This document shows positions 1 through 9,773 of a DNA stretch of 58,929 nucleotides, one piece after another. How positions within the stretch are numbered: position 1 is the stretch's first letter; each line of letters opens with the position of its first letter. The position numbers were made by a program, and so were the translations under genes. The notes beneath the pieces were generated by a model. It made no database searches, was not told the origin of the DNA, and worked only from the letters and a program-made list of their open reading frames with translations. The stretch is from a virus (lineage: Duplodnaviria; Caudoviricetes), in the IMG/VR virus record IMGVR_UViG_3300020400_000001, positions 1 to 58,929 of that record; one strand, written 5' to 3'.

Positions 1-20
1 AAACCGCCATCAGCCATCAT
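1..20. repeat. 20-bp terminal direct repeat (assembly overlap of a circular contig), left copy
   Basis: AAACCGCCATCAGCCATCAT at 1-20 is identical to 58910-58929. Confidence 0.95.
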
Positions 21-311
21 AGAGGAAGGCATATCTCTATTATATACAGTTGGGGGGAGGATACTTGTAGTATCCTGAGACATACCTTCCAAGCCTTGCC
101 TACTAGGCATAGCAAATTCTTGAACCATTTCTTGTGCGACTGTAGTTTTAGGCATTGGCTCAGATGCTCTACTTCTCATATCAGTTCTTCTTTTTATTTC
201 TGATATAACTACAAAAGGTGGAAAGCGAGGGTCACTCCCATTAGCTAATTCTATTAATTGTTCATCAGGAATATACTCTAAATCTTTTGCTATCTCTACT
301 AAGTTGCTCAT
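1..311 (-). CDS. N-terminal 97 aa of an origin-spanning internal virion/ejection protein (continues in 57658-58929; 520 aa total)
   Basis: ATG at 311 overlaps the stop of the upstream gene (ATGA); reads MSNLVEIAKDLEYIPDEQL... without a stop and in frame into MMADGG at the terminal overlap. Confidence 0.85.
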   Translation of the reverse strand, partial: MSNLVEIAKDLEYIPDEQLIELANGSDPRFPPFVVISEIKRRTDMRSRASEPMPKTTVAQEMVQEFAMPSRQGLEGMSQDTTSILPPTVYNRDMPSSMMADGG

Positions 312-1264
312 GCTTGTCCTCCACCGCCCGGTTGTAAAGCTCTATATATGCCAAGTCCTGTAAGACCTGCACCTGTAGCTTGCTGTAATAATCCGGGTTG
401 TCTTTGAAATGTTGATACTGTTTGGTCTGGTTTTATAGGTATGCCTTGTAAAACATTGCTAAAGAAACCTAATTGGTTTCTAGCAAAATCTCTTTGTCTT
501 GTAAAATCATCATAACCTATATCAAGACCAGCTTGTCGCATAGCTCTTTCTTGTTCTCCAATTCTACCTAATGCACCAATTCTAGCTAAAGCATCTTGTT
601 GAGTTAATGAACCTATATCTGCTAAAGAACGACTACCAGCCAATCCTAATCTATCTGCAGCTTGTCTTAATTGTTCTTCTTGTAAACCAACTTGTCTTTC
701 TCTAGCTAGTTGTTGCATAGCTAAATTAAATGCTCTGTCTTGTCCTTTAGTTTGTATATCATCAAGTCTTTGTCCTAAGTTCCTTTCTCTTTCTGATTGC
801 ATAATAGCTTCACGATAACCACCAAGACCGCCAGATTGTGCAGCTTTTGATGCTATTTGATTTCCTAAAATATTAGATGTTCTAATAGCTTCTCTTTGTG
901 CCATATCAATAACTCCCTGTTGATATGGATTCATAAACTGATTTATACCATCCTCAAAAGATAATCTTTCATAAGGATTAATATTAGTACCAGTATTAAT
1001 TATGTCTTGTATATTGCCACTAGCTTGTGTAAATTCTTCAGGTGTTCCTGCTGTAGCAAATCCTCTAGTCATAGCTTGAGATGTTGCTTCATCAGGTCCA
1101 AAACCAGCTAATCTTTCTCCTCCAAAAGGAGTATATTGCTGTAAGCTTTCTGACTCTGCTCTTCCTAGTAACCTTGTAAAATAAGGTTCTGCATATGCTG
1201 GAAGCTTAGTAGAAAAAACTTCTTGTCTTGCTGGAGTTCCTCCTCCACCTTTATATCTTCTCAT
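308..1264 (-). CDS. Putative internal virion (DNA ejection/pilot) protein
   Basis: Q/G/A-rich helical 318 aa protein with FMNPYQQGV motif and Gly-rich hydrophobic C-terminus; lies in the post-tail cluster. Confidence 0.6.
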   Translation of the reverse strand: MRRYKGGGGTPARQEVFSTKLPAYAEPYFTRLLGRAESESLQQYTPFGGERLAGFGPDEATSQAMTRGFATAGTPEEFTQASGNIQDIINTGTNINPYERLSFEDGINQFMNPYQQGVIDMAQREAIRTSNILGNQIASKAAQSGGLGGYREAIMQSERERNLGQRLDDIQTKGQDRAFNLAMQQLARERQVGLQEEQLRQAADRLGLAGSRSLADIGSLTQQDALARIGALGRIGEQERAMRQAGLDIGYDDFTRQRDFARNQLGFFSNVLQGIPIKPDQTVSTFQRQPGLLQQATGAGLTGLGIYRALQPGGGGQA

Positions 1265-1730
1265 CTTTTACCTCAAAATTATATTCAAAAAAAACTGCTA
1301 ATTTTTTCCAGTCTTTATCTTTTATCCAATTCCAAAATCCTGCACGACCTATTCCTTCTATACCATCGCATCCATCTCTTTTACCAACTACTTCTAACTC
1401 TTCTATAAGAGTTTCTACCCAGTCCTCCATGTTATTTCCTGTTATATGCTCAAGACTTAACATAGCTTTGCCTGTTGGATAAATTACTTTTTGTGTCACT
1501 ACTATTCCTTTTATATCAAAAGAACCAGTATCAAATACTATCCAAAGTCTATGACTACCATTTAAACAATCATAAAAAATATCTTCAGGTCTAATGCGAC
1601 CATTAGAACGCTTGCAAGATTTTTCTAAATATTTTTTAGCACCTTCCCAAACTAAAACTAACTCGTCATTATTAACTATAGAAAAATTGTATTCTCCAGA
1701 AGCTTCGTTTTTTAATGCAACATCATTCAT
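1251..1730 (-). CDS. Conserved phage protein, possibly GNAT-like fold, between ejection genes
   Basis: 159 aa; GCDGIEGIGRAGFW motif; overlaps both neighbours. Confidence 0.45.
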   Translation of the reverse strand: MNDVALKNEASGEYNFSIVNNDELVLVWEGAKKYLEKSCKRSNGRIRPEDIFYDCLNGSHRLWIVFDTGSFDIKGIVVTQKVIYPTGKAMLSLEHITGNNMEDWVETLIEELEVVGKRDGCDGIEGIGRAGFWNWIKDKDWKKLAVFFEYNFEVKDEKI

Positions 1731-3541
1731 GCTGGCAACACCTTACTATTGTCTATAGGTTTAGCTTGTTCTGTAGTTCCATATTTTTCTTTACGAACTC
1801 TTTCCATCATGTCATATAGTTCTTTAGCACCAGCATCTGAACTACCATCACCTAACATAGAAACTACATCTGCAGGAACTATAAATTCATCTTGAGACAC
1901 AGCTATAGTTTCTTTGCCTCCAATGTTTCCTCGAAGGTCATCATCCATACCGCCATTGCCTTTGCCTGCAATTAATCCTTCTGTTTGTGCATTAGGTATT
2001 AAAGACTGTAATACTTCTTCTCTAAGTGTTATGAATGCATCTGTTCCATACTTTTCTATAAATCTTTTAACAACTGTATCATCAGATGTTTCCCCCATAA
2101 TAAAAGCTTTTGCTTCTTTTATTAGTGGGTCAATAGCAGTTTCTCCGCCTTCGTTCATTCCTTGATATTCACCAAACTTAGGAACAAAAGCACCGCCTGC
2201 ATTAGGTATATTAAATGGATTTTGCACTCCTAAACTTGTTGTAATTTGGTCAAGAATAGAAGGAGAAGAAGAAGGTTCTTCATTAGTTAAATTTTCTGCA
2301 GTCATCAAAGCAGCAGGTGCGACTGGAGCTTGCACAGCTTCTTTTTCTAGTAAAGCTGGAGGTGCTACACCTGTATATTTTTGATAAGGGTCAATAACAT
2401 TTTGCGTAGGAACTCCTGTGCTTTCAACACCAAAACCACCCCTACTAACATTATCATAAATGTCATTAGGTATATTAGGATTTATAGTTTGAAATTCAGG
2501 TGCAGCACTACCCATAACAGTAGTAGCTGGAGGATTTAAAGTTGCTGGGTCAAAGTATAAAACCTCTGGATTTAATCCGGGCATATAATCTCTATTTACA
2601 GCATAAGGTCTTTTTTGTCTTGAGATTACCTGTGGTTTTGTATCGCCACCATCATTAAATTGTGTAAGACCTCCTGTAGCTGAATACAATATAGGCTCAG
2701 GTCTCATCATAGCTTCATATTCTCTTTCTAATAAATCTTGTCTATTGCCTTCTGCTAAGTCTTTTTCATATTGGTCTTGTGCTTGCATCATTCCTAAAGA
2801 AGTACCACCTATACCAATAGGTAAGTAAGCTGCTGGTTGAGAAGCACCTGCAGCTATGTTGTCAAATACAGAAGTAAATTTACCAAAACCTTCTGAACCT
2901 GATACAGGAGTAAAGGCATCTTTAGCAGATGTTAGTAAACTGGTAGAACCATCTTTTGCAGCTTGCAATGCTGATTTTGTGACTGCTTCTCCTGCAGCTT
3001 GTGAAGCTTCAGCTATACCAGCTTTTGTAGTGGCTGATAAAGCTTCATCAATTGTTCCTTGTACTAAAGCATCTGTACCAGCAGAGCCAAGTTCTTCTAA
3101 TGCACTACCTAAAGCTTGGTCTGTTAATGTTTCTACACCAGCTTCAGCAGCAGCTTTAGCTGTTCCTTCTGCTGCAACTTTTGATGCAGCTTCTGCACCT
3201 TTAGCAGCAGCACCAGCACCTTGTAATATAGAGCCAAAACCATATGATGTAAGACCTGCTGCAATTCCTTTTTTCAAATCGCCTTCTAGTATTCCGGTTG
3301 CAAGACCTGAGCCAAGACCAGCACCTACTGGTCCACCAAATACACCACCTACAATACTTGCAGCAATAGGTATCAAGTCTTTAAAACCAAAAGCTTCAGC
3401 TAATCCAGTTTGTGGATTAATAGTCATTGCACCCATTTGTGCTAACCCAGCAACTTCAGTTGGGTTCATATGCACAAGAGTAGTGTCTCCATATCTTCCT
3501 CTAGAAGCTATGTTTTTAACTTGGCTTTGAATTTTATTCAT
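1727..3541 (-). CDS. Putative internal virion/ejection protein
   Basis: GRYGDTTLVH...INPQTGLAEAF N-terminus, Gly/Ala-rich hydrophobic stretch, C-terminal GxGGMDD...SQDEFIVPADVV; start reassigned to ATG 3541 (GAGGA RBS). Confidence 0.65.
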   Translation of the reverse strand: MNKIQSQVKNIASRGRYGDTTLVHMNPTEVAGLAQMGAMTINPQTGLAEAFGFKDLIPIAASIVGGVFGGPVGAGLGSGLATGILEGDLKKGIAAGLTSYGFGSILQGAGAAAKGAEAASKVAAEGTAKAAAEAGVETLTDQALGSALEELGSAGTDALVQGTIDEALSATTKAGIAEASQAAGEAVTKSALQAAKDGSTSLLTSAKDAFTPVSGSEGFGKFTSVFDNIAAGASQPAAYLPIGIGGTSLGMMQAQDQYEKDLAEGNRQDLLEREYEAMMRPEPILYSATGGLTQFNDGGDTKPQVISRQKRPYAVNRDYMPGLNPEVLYFDPATLNPPATTVMGSAAPEFQTINPNIPNDIYDNVSRGGFGVESTGVPTQNVIDPYQKYTGVAPPALLEKEAVQAPVAPAALMTAENLTNEEPSSSPSILDQITTSLGVQNPFNIPNAGGAFVPKFGEYQGMNEGGETAIDPLIKEAKAFIMGETSDDTVVKRFIEKYGTDAFITLREEVLQSLIPNAQTEGLIAGKGNGGMDDDLRGNIGGKETIAVSQDEFIVPADVVSMLGDGSSDAGAKELYDMMERVRKEKYGTTEQAKPIDNSKVLPA

Positions 3542-3542
3542 A

Positions 3543-3878
3543 TTAGTCCTCGGATGTTTCACAGCCAAATGCATTGAAGCTTAAATTAGCTGTAGATGCA
3601 TATGCCCTTATTTTATCAGTTTCATTAAGAGTAATACCAATGACTATTGTGTCAGTTGTATTACCACTTAATGCTTTATCATAAATTAAAAAATCTTTGT
3701 TAGATGTTGCAGCACCAGTAGCAGATACTGAAAGTCTATATGTAGCTGCTCCTGAGTCTCTATTTGCTATTACTATTGAACTAACAGTAGTCTGATTAGA
3801 TGCAGGCACAACATATAAATCTGTTTCTGTTGTTGCGTTTGGAGCTATTTGCCCTAGTATCTTTAAAGTATCAGACAT
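3543..3878 (-). CDS. Small beta-rich virion structural protein
   Basis: 111 aa, Thr/Ser-rich, TDLYVVP motif, in tail cluster. Confidence 0.55.
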   Translation of the reverse strand: MSDTLKILGQIAPNATTETDLYVVPASNQTTVSSIVIANRDSGAATYRLSVSATGAATSNKDFLIYDKALSGNTTDTIVIGITLNETDKIRAYASTANLSFNAFGCETSED

Positions 3879-4077
3879 TACCTTTTGTACCCATTAATAA
3901 AAATTGATGCCTCTTTATTGCTTTAGATAAAGCTGCAGTTTTCATATTATCTATTGCAGCTAAATCATTAAATATATCTTGCAATATTTGTTCAATAGTT
4001 CTTCTTGTTACCAACTCATTGTCTATTTCATATTCATTGTTTGGCAAAGGTAAAGGTGGTGAAGATTTAGCAGCCAT
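3871..4077 (-). CDS. Hypothetical virion-associated protein
   Basis: 68 aa ORF coupled to both neighbours. Confidence 0.5.
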   Translation of the reverse strand: MAAKSSPPLPLPNNEYEIDNELVTRRTIEQILQDIFNDLAAIDNMKTAALSKAIKRHQFLLMGTKGNV

Positions 4078-5921
4078 TATTTTCTTCCATCAGTTTTAAT
4101 ATCAAATCTAGAGTCTCCTAATCTCCAACCAAAATCACCACCATTATTTTCTATACGCAAAGATACTTGTCTTGTTCTGCCTCTAGTATTTGTAAATTGA
4201 GTTGAAGGAGTAAGAGAAATGGTAGATAAAGTTGAGCGAGTTTCTGCAGGATACCTTCTTCCTTTTAAAGTTAAATTAACAGTATCGTTAGAATTACTTG
4301 ACCCTAAAAATTCAATATCAGGTATAACTTTTTTTACAAACATAAATGATTCTCCATCAGGGTCTAAGTCAATATCTGCAGACTCTATATAAGCATTGAA
4401 AGCAGTACCATCTGCTGTATTACCAGTTTCATGATTGTAAATATAGTTGTTGTTTGTATTATCTAGCTTTCCAGTTGCTAATGGAAAATCTAATAAAGGT
4501 GCTTGATTCCAAGCAGTTCTAGTAAAGTTATCTGCAGTAGTGCCTACACTCCAAACTTTTTCTGCATAGTTATAGGTCACATATCTATCTATTTCATTAC
4601 TACTTGCTGAAGGATAAAACCAAATAACTTCATTGTGAGTTTGATTATGTCCTGCAAAAATTTTAAATCTTTGTGATTTATTTATGTTACTAAATATATG
4701 GTCTAGCACAGTACAATTTATTCTTTCAATATTACCTGTCGCTCTGTAAAAAGCACCATCATCCATAAAAAATACCTGACCACCAACTGCAACACCAGCT
4801 TTAGGTGAAATCATTCCTATTCCTCTAGCTATTTCATTAAATGAAAAGTAAAAAGGACTTCCTACAAATCTCATAGAAAATACACTAGCATCTGTAAAAA
4901 CTAATGTTTCTTGTCTGGTTTGTACTGCACCAATAATTTGACTACCTGATGATAACTTAACACCGCCTGCAGAGTTAGTGGCTGATGGAGTCCAATCAAA
5001 CATATTTTCAGAATCAGACCATCTGACAAATAATGGGTCTACTGTACTGCTTCCTATTGGATTACATCCTAACGCTATTAAATGTCTATCAACATCAGAA
5101 GTCATAATTTGAAAAGCTGATATAGGACAATTACTAGCACCAGCTACAGAGCTAGCTAATATTGCTCTAGTTGCTACACCATTAGCAACTTGCCAAACAA
5201 ACAATGGTCCACCTCTTGGAACAGCTACTAAATCCTCTCCGAAATTATCTATACTCCACAATCTTAATTGACTAAATACTGCAACAGGACTTGTGCTACC
5301 CCATGTTCCTGAACCCCATGTACCTGCACCCCAACCTGAACCTGAAACAAAAACATCTAATCCTGAGCCATATAAATATGTACCAACTGTATTTGAACCA
5401 CCACCGCTACCACTATGGTTTGAAGCTTGAGCTAAAGTAATTGTATAAGTATTAGTTGTTGTACTTTGTATTTGATATTCTTGATTAAGAACAGAAGCTG
5501 TCACATTGCCACCTACAGTTGCTGCACCTGAAAATATTACAAAGTCTCCGGGATTTGCATTATGCGATGTATCATTTACTGTTAAAGTTGTAGAACCACT
5601 TGTTGCTGTAAAAGTCACATCACCTGCAGCAGTAGTATTATCAACAGGAGTAATATCATAAAAAGAATTACCTTCTTGCACATACCATTTAAGATGTGTG
5701 CCTAAAGCATTATAGCTTGCAAGTGTAGATGTTTTATAAGTGTGTAATGCTCTGCAAGTTCCTAAAAAACTATTAGTTGAATTTTTAGACCAACCACCTA
5801 TTTTTTCAGGTTTGCCAAATCTAAATCTAATTTTATCAGAGTCTAGCCAACCTCCTTCATTAGCATATGAAGTAAGTTCTTTATTTATTCCGGGTCTAAA
5901 TTGATATTTAACTAATGCCAT
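4077..5921 (-). CDS. Tail nozzle/head-closure protein (P22 gp10 / T7 gp12-like position)
   Basis: 614 aa beta-rich; FRPGINKE, KIRFRFGKPEKIGGW, VRWSDSEN, C-terminal WRLG...DGRK typical of podovirus stabilization proteins. Confidence 0.65.
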   Translation of the reverse strand: MALVKYQFRPGINKELTSYANEGGWLDSDKIRFRFGKPEKIGGWSKNSTNSFLGTCRALHTYKTSTLASYNALGTHLKWYVQEGNSFYDITPVDNTTAAGDVTFTATSGSTTLTVNDTSHNANPGDFVIFSGAATVGGNVTASVLNQEYQIQSTTTNTYTITLAQASNHSGSGGGSNTVGTYLYGSGLDVFVSGSGWGAGTWGSGTWGSTSPVAVFSQLRLWSIDNFGEDLVAVPRGGPLFVWQVANGVATRAILASSVAGASNCPISAFQIMTSDVDRHLIALGCNPIGSSTVDPLFVRWSDSENMFDWTPSATNSAGGVKLSSGSQIIGAVQTRQETLVFTDASVFSMRFVGSPFYFSFNEIARGIGMISPKAGVAVGGQVFFMDDGAFYRATGNIERINCTVLDHIFSNINKSQRFKIFAGHNQTHNEVIWFYPSASSNEIDRYVTYNYAEKVWSVGTTADNFTRTAWNQAPLLDFPLATGKLDNTNNNYIYNHETGNTADGTAFNAYIESADIDLDPDGESFMFVKKVIPDIEFLGSSNSNDTVNLTLKGRRYPAETRSTLSTISLTPSTQFTNTRGRTRQVSLRIENNGGDFGWRLGDSRFDIKTDGRK

Positions 5922-6365
5922 TTATACTTCGTGCCAAGGTTCTCCTTGAAAAAGTAAAGCTTCAGCCTCTCTTCTTCTTACTAATCCTTGTAATACTTCT
6001 CCTCCAGCCTTATTCCATCTCTTCATTTGATATGGAACTTCTTCATACATTTCTTTATTTAAAACTTTTAACATTGTAGAACTAGCTAAATTTGTTGGTC
6101 CTAAGTTATATGTCCAACATACTAGAGCATCAAACTGACATTGCTCTAATTCAACATCTACTAAATCCTCTACATACTGTTCAAATTCTTCTAGTTCAAT
6201 AGTCAAAAAAGATTCAGCTTCTTCTTTAGATATTTCCATGCCTTCAAATACATCTTTGGTATGACCCCAACCTATAGTCCAAATCCCAACGCTATCTTGA
6301 TAAGCTGTAAGTTCTAAGCCTTCAAATTTTTTTATAAGGGCAATACCCTCTTTAGATATTTTCAT
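5922..6365 (-). CDS. Endolysin, GH24 phage lysozyme
   Basis: Catalytic E-x8-D-x5-T (FEGLELTAYQDSVGIWTIG), QFDAL, YNLG, GLVRRREAE; start reassigned to ATG 6365. Confidence 0.93.
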   Translation of the reverse strand: MKISKEGIALIKKFEGLELTAYQDSVGIWTIGWGHTKDVFEGMEISKEEAESFLTIELEEFEQYVEDLVDVELEQCQFDALVCWTYNLGPTNLASSTMLKVLNKEMYEEVPYQMKRWNKAGGEVLQGLVRRREAEALLFQGEPWHEV

Positions 6366-6369
6366 TTTC

Positions 6370-6723
6370 TTATTCCTCGTTGGTAGTGACTTTTCTATAG
6401 TAGACCACAACTTCTTTAAGCTCATTTATATACCTCTTAAGTTCTTGCATATTGTAAGCCATCAACTCATAGTCAGGAATTGACATGGCTACAAATACTA
6501 TACGACCTTCTTCTTTTTTTACTCTTTCTAAAAACTCATCAACATTAAGCTCTGATACTACAAACCAATAGGGTTCGTTCAAATCTATCTCCCTAGGCAT
6601 AACTGGTTGAGCTATGTTTCTTTTGAGAGGTTTGCTTATTACATCTACTTGTTTAGGAATCAGGCTGCAACTGTAAGCCATCATCGAGACCATCAATAAT
6701 ACGACTATCTGCTTCAATACCAT
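6370..6723 (-). CDS. Putative o-spanin (Rz1-like lipoprotein)
   Basis: Hydrophobic signal ending in AYSC lipobox-like motif; overlaps 3' end of i-spanin candidate; next to endolysin; start uncertain (6744/6723). Confidence 0.6.
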   Translation of the reverse strand: MVLKQIVVLLMVSMMAYSCSLIPKQVDVISKPLKRNIAQPVMPREIDLNEPYWFVVSELNVDEFLERVKKEEGRIVFVAMSIPDYELMAYNMQELKRYINELKEVVVYYRKVTTNEE

Positions 6724-7054
6724 CAAATACTTCTTTAGTTCCATTGTTCACCCTCTTTTCTATCAACCCCGGTTTAGCTGCTGCTAGCTTGCTAAGATTG
6801 TGTCTTTTAAAAATATCAAGATACCTATTCATCTCTAGTTGGATTTCTTGATTTCTTGATTGAAGTTCTACTAATCCTCGTGTTTGCATTTCAAAATCTT
6901 GCTGCATACTTTCTATAGCTTCTTTTTGTTCTTGGTCTCTTAACTCATATGCTCTGTTTAAAGATTGAAGAGAAGAATTTTGCCAATACAAAAATCCACA
7001 TATAGAAACCAAAACTGTTATAACTCCTAAAAGTATTTTACTCATTGACCACAC
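6653..7054 (-). CDS. Putative i-spanin (Rz-like)
   Basis: Single N-terminal TM helix followed by coiled coil; overlaps lipoprotein gene. Confidence 0.6.
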   Translation of the reverse strand: MWSMSKILLGVITVLVSICGFLYWQNSSLQSLNRAYELRDQEQKEAIESMQQDFEMQTRGLVELQSRNQEIQLEMNRYLDIFKRHNLSKLAAAKPGLIEKRVNNGTKEVFDGIEADSRIIDGLDDGLQLQPDS

Positions 7055-7233
7055 ACCACAAAGATGCCATCAACTACTTGACAGTTATCATTCTTATCTA
7101 CAGTAATTGTTCCTGCAGTTGGTTTGCCTTGCTTCATAATAAAATTATTTGTAGCTTCATCATAAGCTACGATTGTTTCTGTACAACCTAATAAAAATGC
7201 AAATGTAATTATTGTTAATAATATTTTTTTCAT
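7042..7233 (-). CDS. Small lipoprotein
   Basis: MKKILLTIITFAFLLGC signal peptide with lipobox. Confidence 0.65.
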   Translation of the reverse strand: MKKILLTIITFAFLLGCTETIVAYDEATNNFIMKQGKPTAGTITVDKNDNCQVVDGIFVVCGQ

Positions 7234-8351
7234 TGACTTTGTCTTATCACTATTACTGATGACCCTCCACCATTTACTTTTACTTGATTCATTACTCCAT
7301 CTTGTTCTAGTACAACTAAATAACTTTCTCCACTATCTATTTGTATAGATGTTGATTGTGCAACTTCTCTTGTAAGTTTTATTTCCTGACCCGAAACTAC
7401 TGTTGTTATCTGTGTTTTTTGGTCTTGTCCTATACTTGTGCCTTCTATATTTACAGCAGATATTGTTTGAGTAAGTTCTTCTTCATTATCTAAAACATCA
7501 AGCTCTGTAATTATATCAAGCAAATCTTCTAAAAAATTTACATTCAAAGCATCATAATCTAATTCTGTAAATTCTAATTCGTCTTTATCTAAAGAGTCAT
7601 CGGCTAAATAATCAATATCTAATTCACCAAAATCTAACAAGTTATCATCTTGCTTGCTTTCTGATTGCTCTTCTTCTTGTTCTTTATCTTCTTCTGGTGG
7701 TGCAATCAACAACATATTATTTATAAAATCTAAAGACAAATCTAATATAACTGGTTTACTTGGCATAGCTTCATAAACTCTAGTCGTTGTTGCTTGATAT
7801 GGTTTATTTAATATGACTGTTCCAATAGCAGTTGTAACTGATATTTCTCCAGAAGGATTACCATTTTCATCTGGTAATAATATAAATAAACTTTTACCAG
7901 TATCAGGTTCTACTGTAATTGTAAAATCTGTGCCTCGTATACCAACTACAGCAGAGTTGGTTTTTAATTTAATATTTTTTTTTGATATTGCATTAGTTAG
8001 ACTTGAAGTAAATCTAGCTGTGCCTTTTACAAAATTCAAAGCTAACTTTGAGTTATCTGGATTTGGGTCAAAAACAAACTCGTCTATAACAACCATAGAG
8101 TGTTCTGTAATTCTTATAGTTGTATCATCAACAAATCTTATGCCCATACGACCAGCTTCGGTTTGTGCTTTATCGTAAGACTGAATTCCAAAATCAGTAA
8201 CTACATCATAGTTCTTATCTCTTTCTATCCGAGCATATCCTGATACTTGTTCTACAGTTCCTATATCAACAACTTGTGCTAGTGCCTTGGTCGTTTTGAT
8301 TGACACAGAAAGTACCATTAGAACCAGAAGAAGTAATCTTAAGCCAGTCAT
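7230..8351 (-). CDS. FecR-domain secreted/periplasmic protein
   Basis: Signal-like N-terminus; FVDDTTIRITEHS, LNFVKGTARF, TNSAVVGIRGTDF are FecR-family motifs; acidic linker; start probably ATG 8351. Confidence 0.75.
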   Translation of the reverse strand: MTGLRLLLLVLMVLSVSIKTTKALAQVVDIGTVEQVSGYARIERDKNYDVVTDFGIQSYDKAQTEAGRMGIRFVDDTTIRITEHSMVVIDEFVFDPNPDNSKLALNFVKGTARFTSSLTNAISKKNIKLKTNSAVVGIRGTDFTITVEPDTGKSLFILLPDENGNPSGEISVTTAIGTVILNKPYQATTTRVYEAMPSKPVILDLSLDFINNMLLIAPPEEDKEQEEEQSESKQDDNLLDFGELDIDYLADDSLDKDELEFTELDYDALNVNFLEDLLDIITELDVLDNEEELTQTISAVNIEGTSIGQDQKTQITTVVSGQEIKLTREVAQSTSIQIDSGESYLVVLEQDGVMNQVKVNGGGSSVIVIRQSQ

Positions 8352-8973
8352 TATCAAGTGTACTTTGTTGTGTAACATTTATAGTTCTAGAGCCTCCAGT
8401 ATGAGTCAGATGAAAATATGCACCTTGGTAGCCATCTCCATCAAAAGTAACTGTATTATCAGAGCCACTAATGTTCATATAGTTTGTAGCTAAGTCTTGG
8501 TCAATAGAAGATGTTATGCTGTTATTTGAACCATTAATAGTCCAATCTAAATCTAGTGTAGATGCCATTGCATTAGTAGCTTGGTTCAAAATAAAAGCAT
8601 TTGAAGAGCCAGATACCTGTACATTTACATTTGAACTATCTGCACCATAAGTGTTATCTGGGTCTGTTTGCATAGCAAATGTATTGGAATCTCCTGTAAA
8701 TTCAAAGAAACCTGTATAGCTATCTGCATATATATCGCCTCTAAATAAATTAGAGTTACCTAGTTGGTTGATGTCCAAAGTCATTGTTGCACCATCTAAA
8801 TCTAAAGCGGTCATCGAACCAGCAGTTGCAGTTGAACCGCCAATTAAGTTTCCAGAACCTAATTGCTCTATATCTAAATTAGCTGTAGCTCCAGTTTGGT
8901 CAATAGATATTTCATTATCTGCAACAAAAATATTTATTGATAACAAAAATATAACTGGTAATAGTTTTATCAT
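8266..8973 (-). CDS. Curlin-like (CsgA/CsgB-like) repeat protein
   Basis: Signal peptide, then about 22-26 aa beta-solenoid repeats (IDQTG, IEQLGSGN, INQLGNSN, FTGDSN, VSGSSN, INGSNN, ISGSDN); directly downstream of csgG. Confidence 0.65.
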   Translation of the reverse strand: MIKLLPVIFLLSINIFVADNEISIDQTGATANLDIEQLGSGNLIGGSTATAGSMTALDLDGATMTLDINQLGNSNLFRGDIYADSYTGFFEFTGDSNTFAMQTDPDNTYGADSSNVNVQVSGSSNAFILNQATNAMASTLDLDWTINGSNNSITSSIDQDLATNYMNISGSDNTVTFDGDGYQGAYFHLTHTGGSRTINVTQQSTLDNDWLKITSSGSNGTFCVNQNDQGTSTSC

Positions 8974-9773
8974 TCTTTATAACTCCAAAAATTTTTTTGA
9001 ATTCCTTTTTCTATAGTAGCTAATATTGCTTCTTCTATAGCAGACTGCAATGCTATTGTAACGCTTTCATTTTCAACATCACCATTTTCTATTTCTATTA
9101 GCTCTGTTCTATTTTCTATAAATCTAAATCCATCTTGATTTGTGCCAACACTAAGAATACTTTTTGTTATAGAAACTTCTATCAATACTCTGCCTGTTAA
9201 TACAGATACAGTTCTTAATGATAAAGTTACAGTATCTTGTTTATACTCTTTAGAAGCACCTATGCCTAATAACCTTGCACCTCTACCACCGCTTCTAGTA
9301 TTAGTTTCATAACCTATAATTGCACCTTCCATTATCAGACCTGCAAACATTAATGGCTTTAGCTTTTGTGGGTCATCAAAAGATTCTCTTGTGCTTCTTA
9401 TAAGCTGTCTTTCTTTTGTAAGATTATCTAAACCTACTCTTTCTACAACTTCAAAAAACTCTCCACCTGAAACTTCTTTTAATGTCTTTATAAGCAAAAC
9501 ATAAGGTGCTTGTGTAACTGCTGTACTGAATGTTGCAAAACTATTATTACTTCTTCTTTGTCCAGTTTGGTCTGTAAACGAAGTTGGATATACAGCAACT
9601 ATAGGTTTCTTTTTGGCAGCAGGCGTTGCAGTAATTTTTTTATTAATAACACCAACCCTTTCAGGATACTTTGATATTTCTTGATTAGGCAAAGCATCAT
9701 CATTAAAAACTGTACAGCTAGAAAGTAAAACTATTGAGAGGAAAAGTAATAACTGTTTGTTTATTATCTTCAT
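8970..9773 (-). CDS. csgG: Curli secretion channel CsgG family lipoprotein
   Basis: Lipobox LSSC; VAVY..FTDQTGQR, FSTAVTQ, FEVVERVGLDNLTKERQLIRSTR, EGAIIGYE, YKQDTVTLSLRTVSVLTG are CsgG hallmarks. Confidence 0.92.
   Translation of the reverse strand: MKIINKQLLLFLSIVLLSSCTVFNDDALPNQEISKYPERVGVINKKITATPAAKKKPIVAVYPTSFTDQTGQRRSNNSFATFSTAVTQAPYVLLIKTLKEVSGGEFFEVVERVGLDNLTKERQLIRSTRESFDDPQKLKPLMFAGLIMEGAIIGYETNTRSGGRGARLLGIGASKEYKQDTVTLSLRTVSVLTGRVLIEVSITKSILSVGTNQDGFRFIENRTELIEIENGDVENESVTIALQSAIEEAILATIEKGIQKNFWSYKE

Noticed and set aside
1-20. Terminal repeat as the biological genome end
   Set aside because: It falls inside a continuous gene, so it is an assembly overlap
2856-3530. Long plus-strand ORFs opposite structural genes (2856, 22648, 41564, 52177, 56812 and similar)
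   Set aside because: Antisense shadows of well-supported genes; no RBS or motifs
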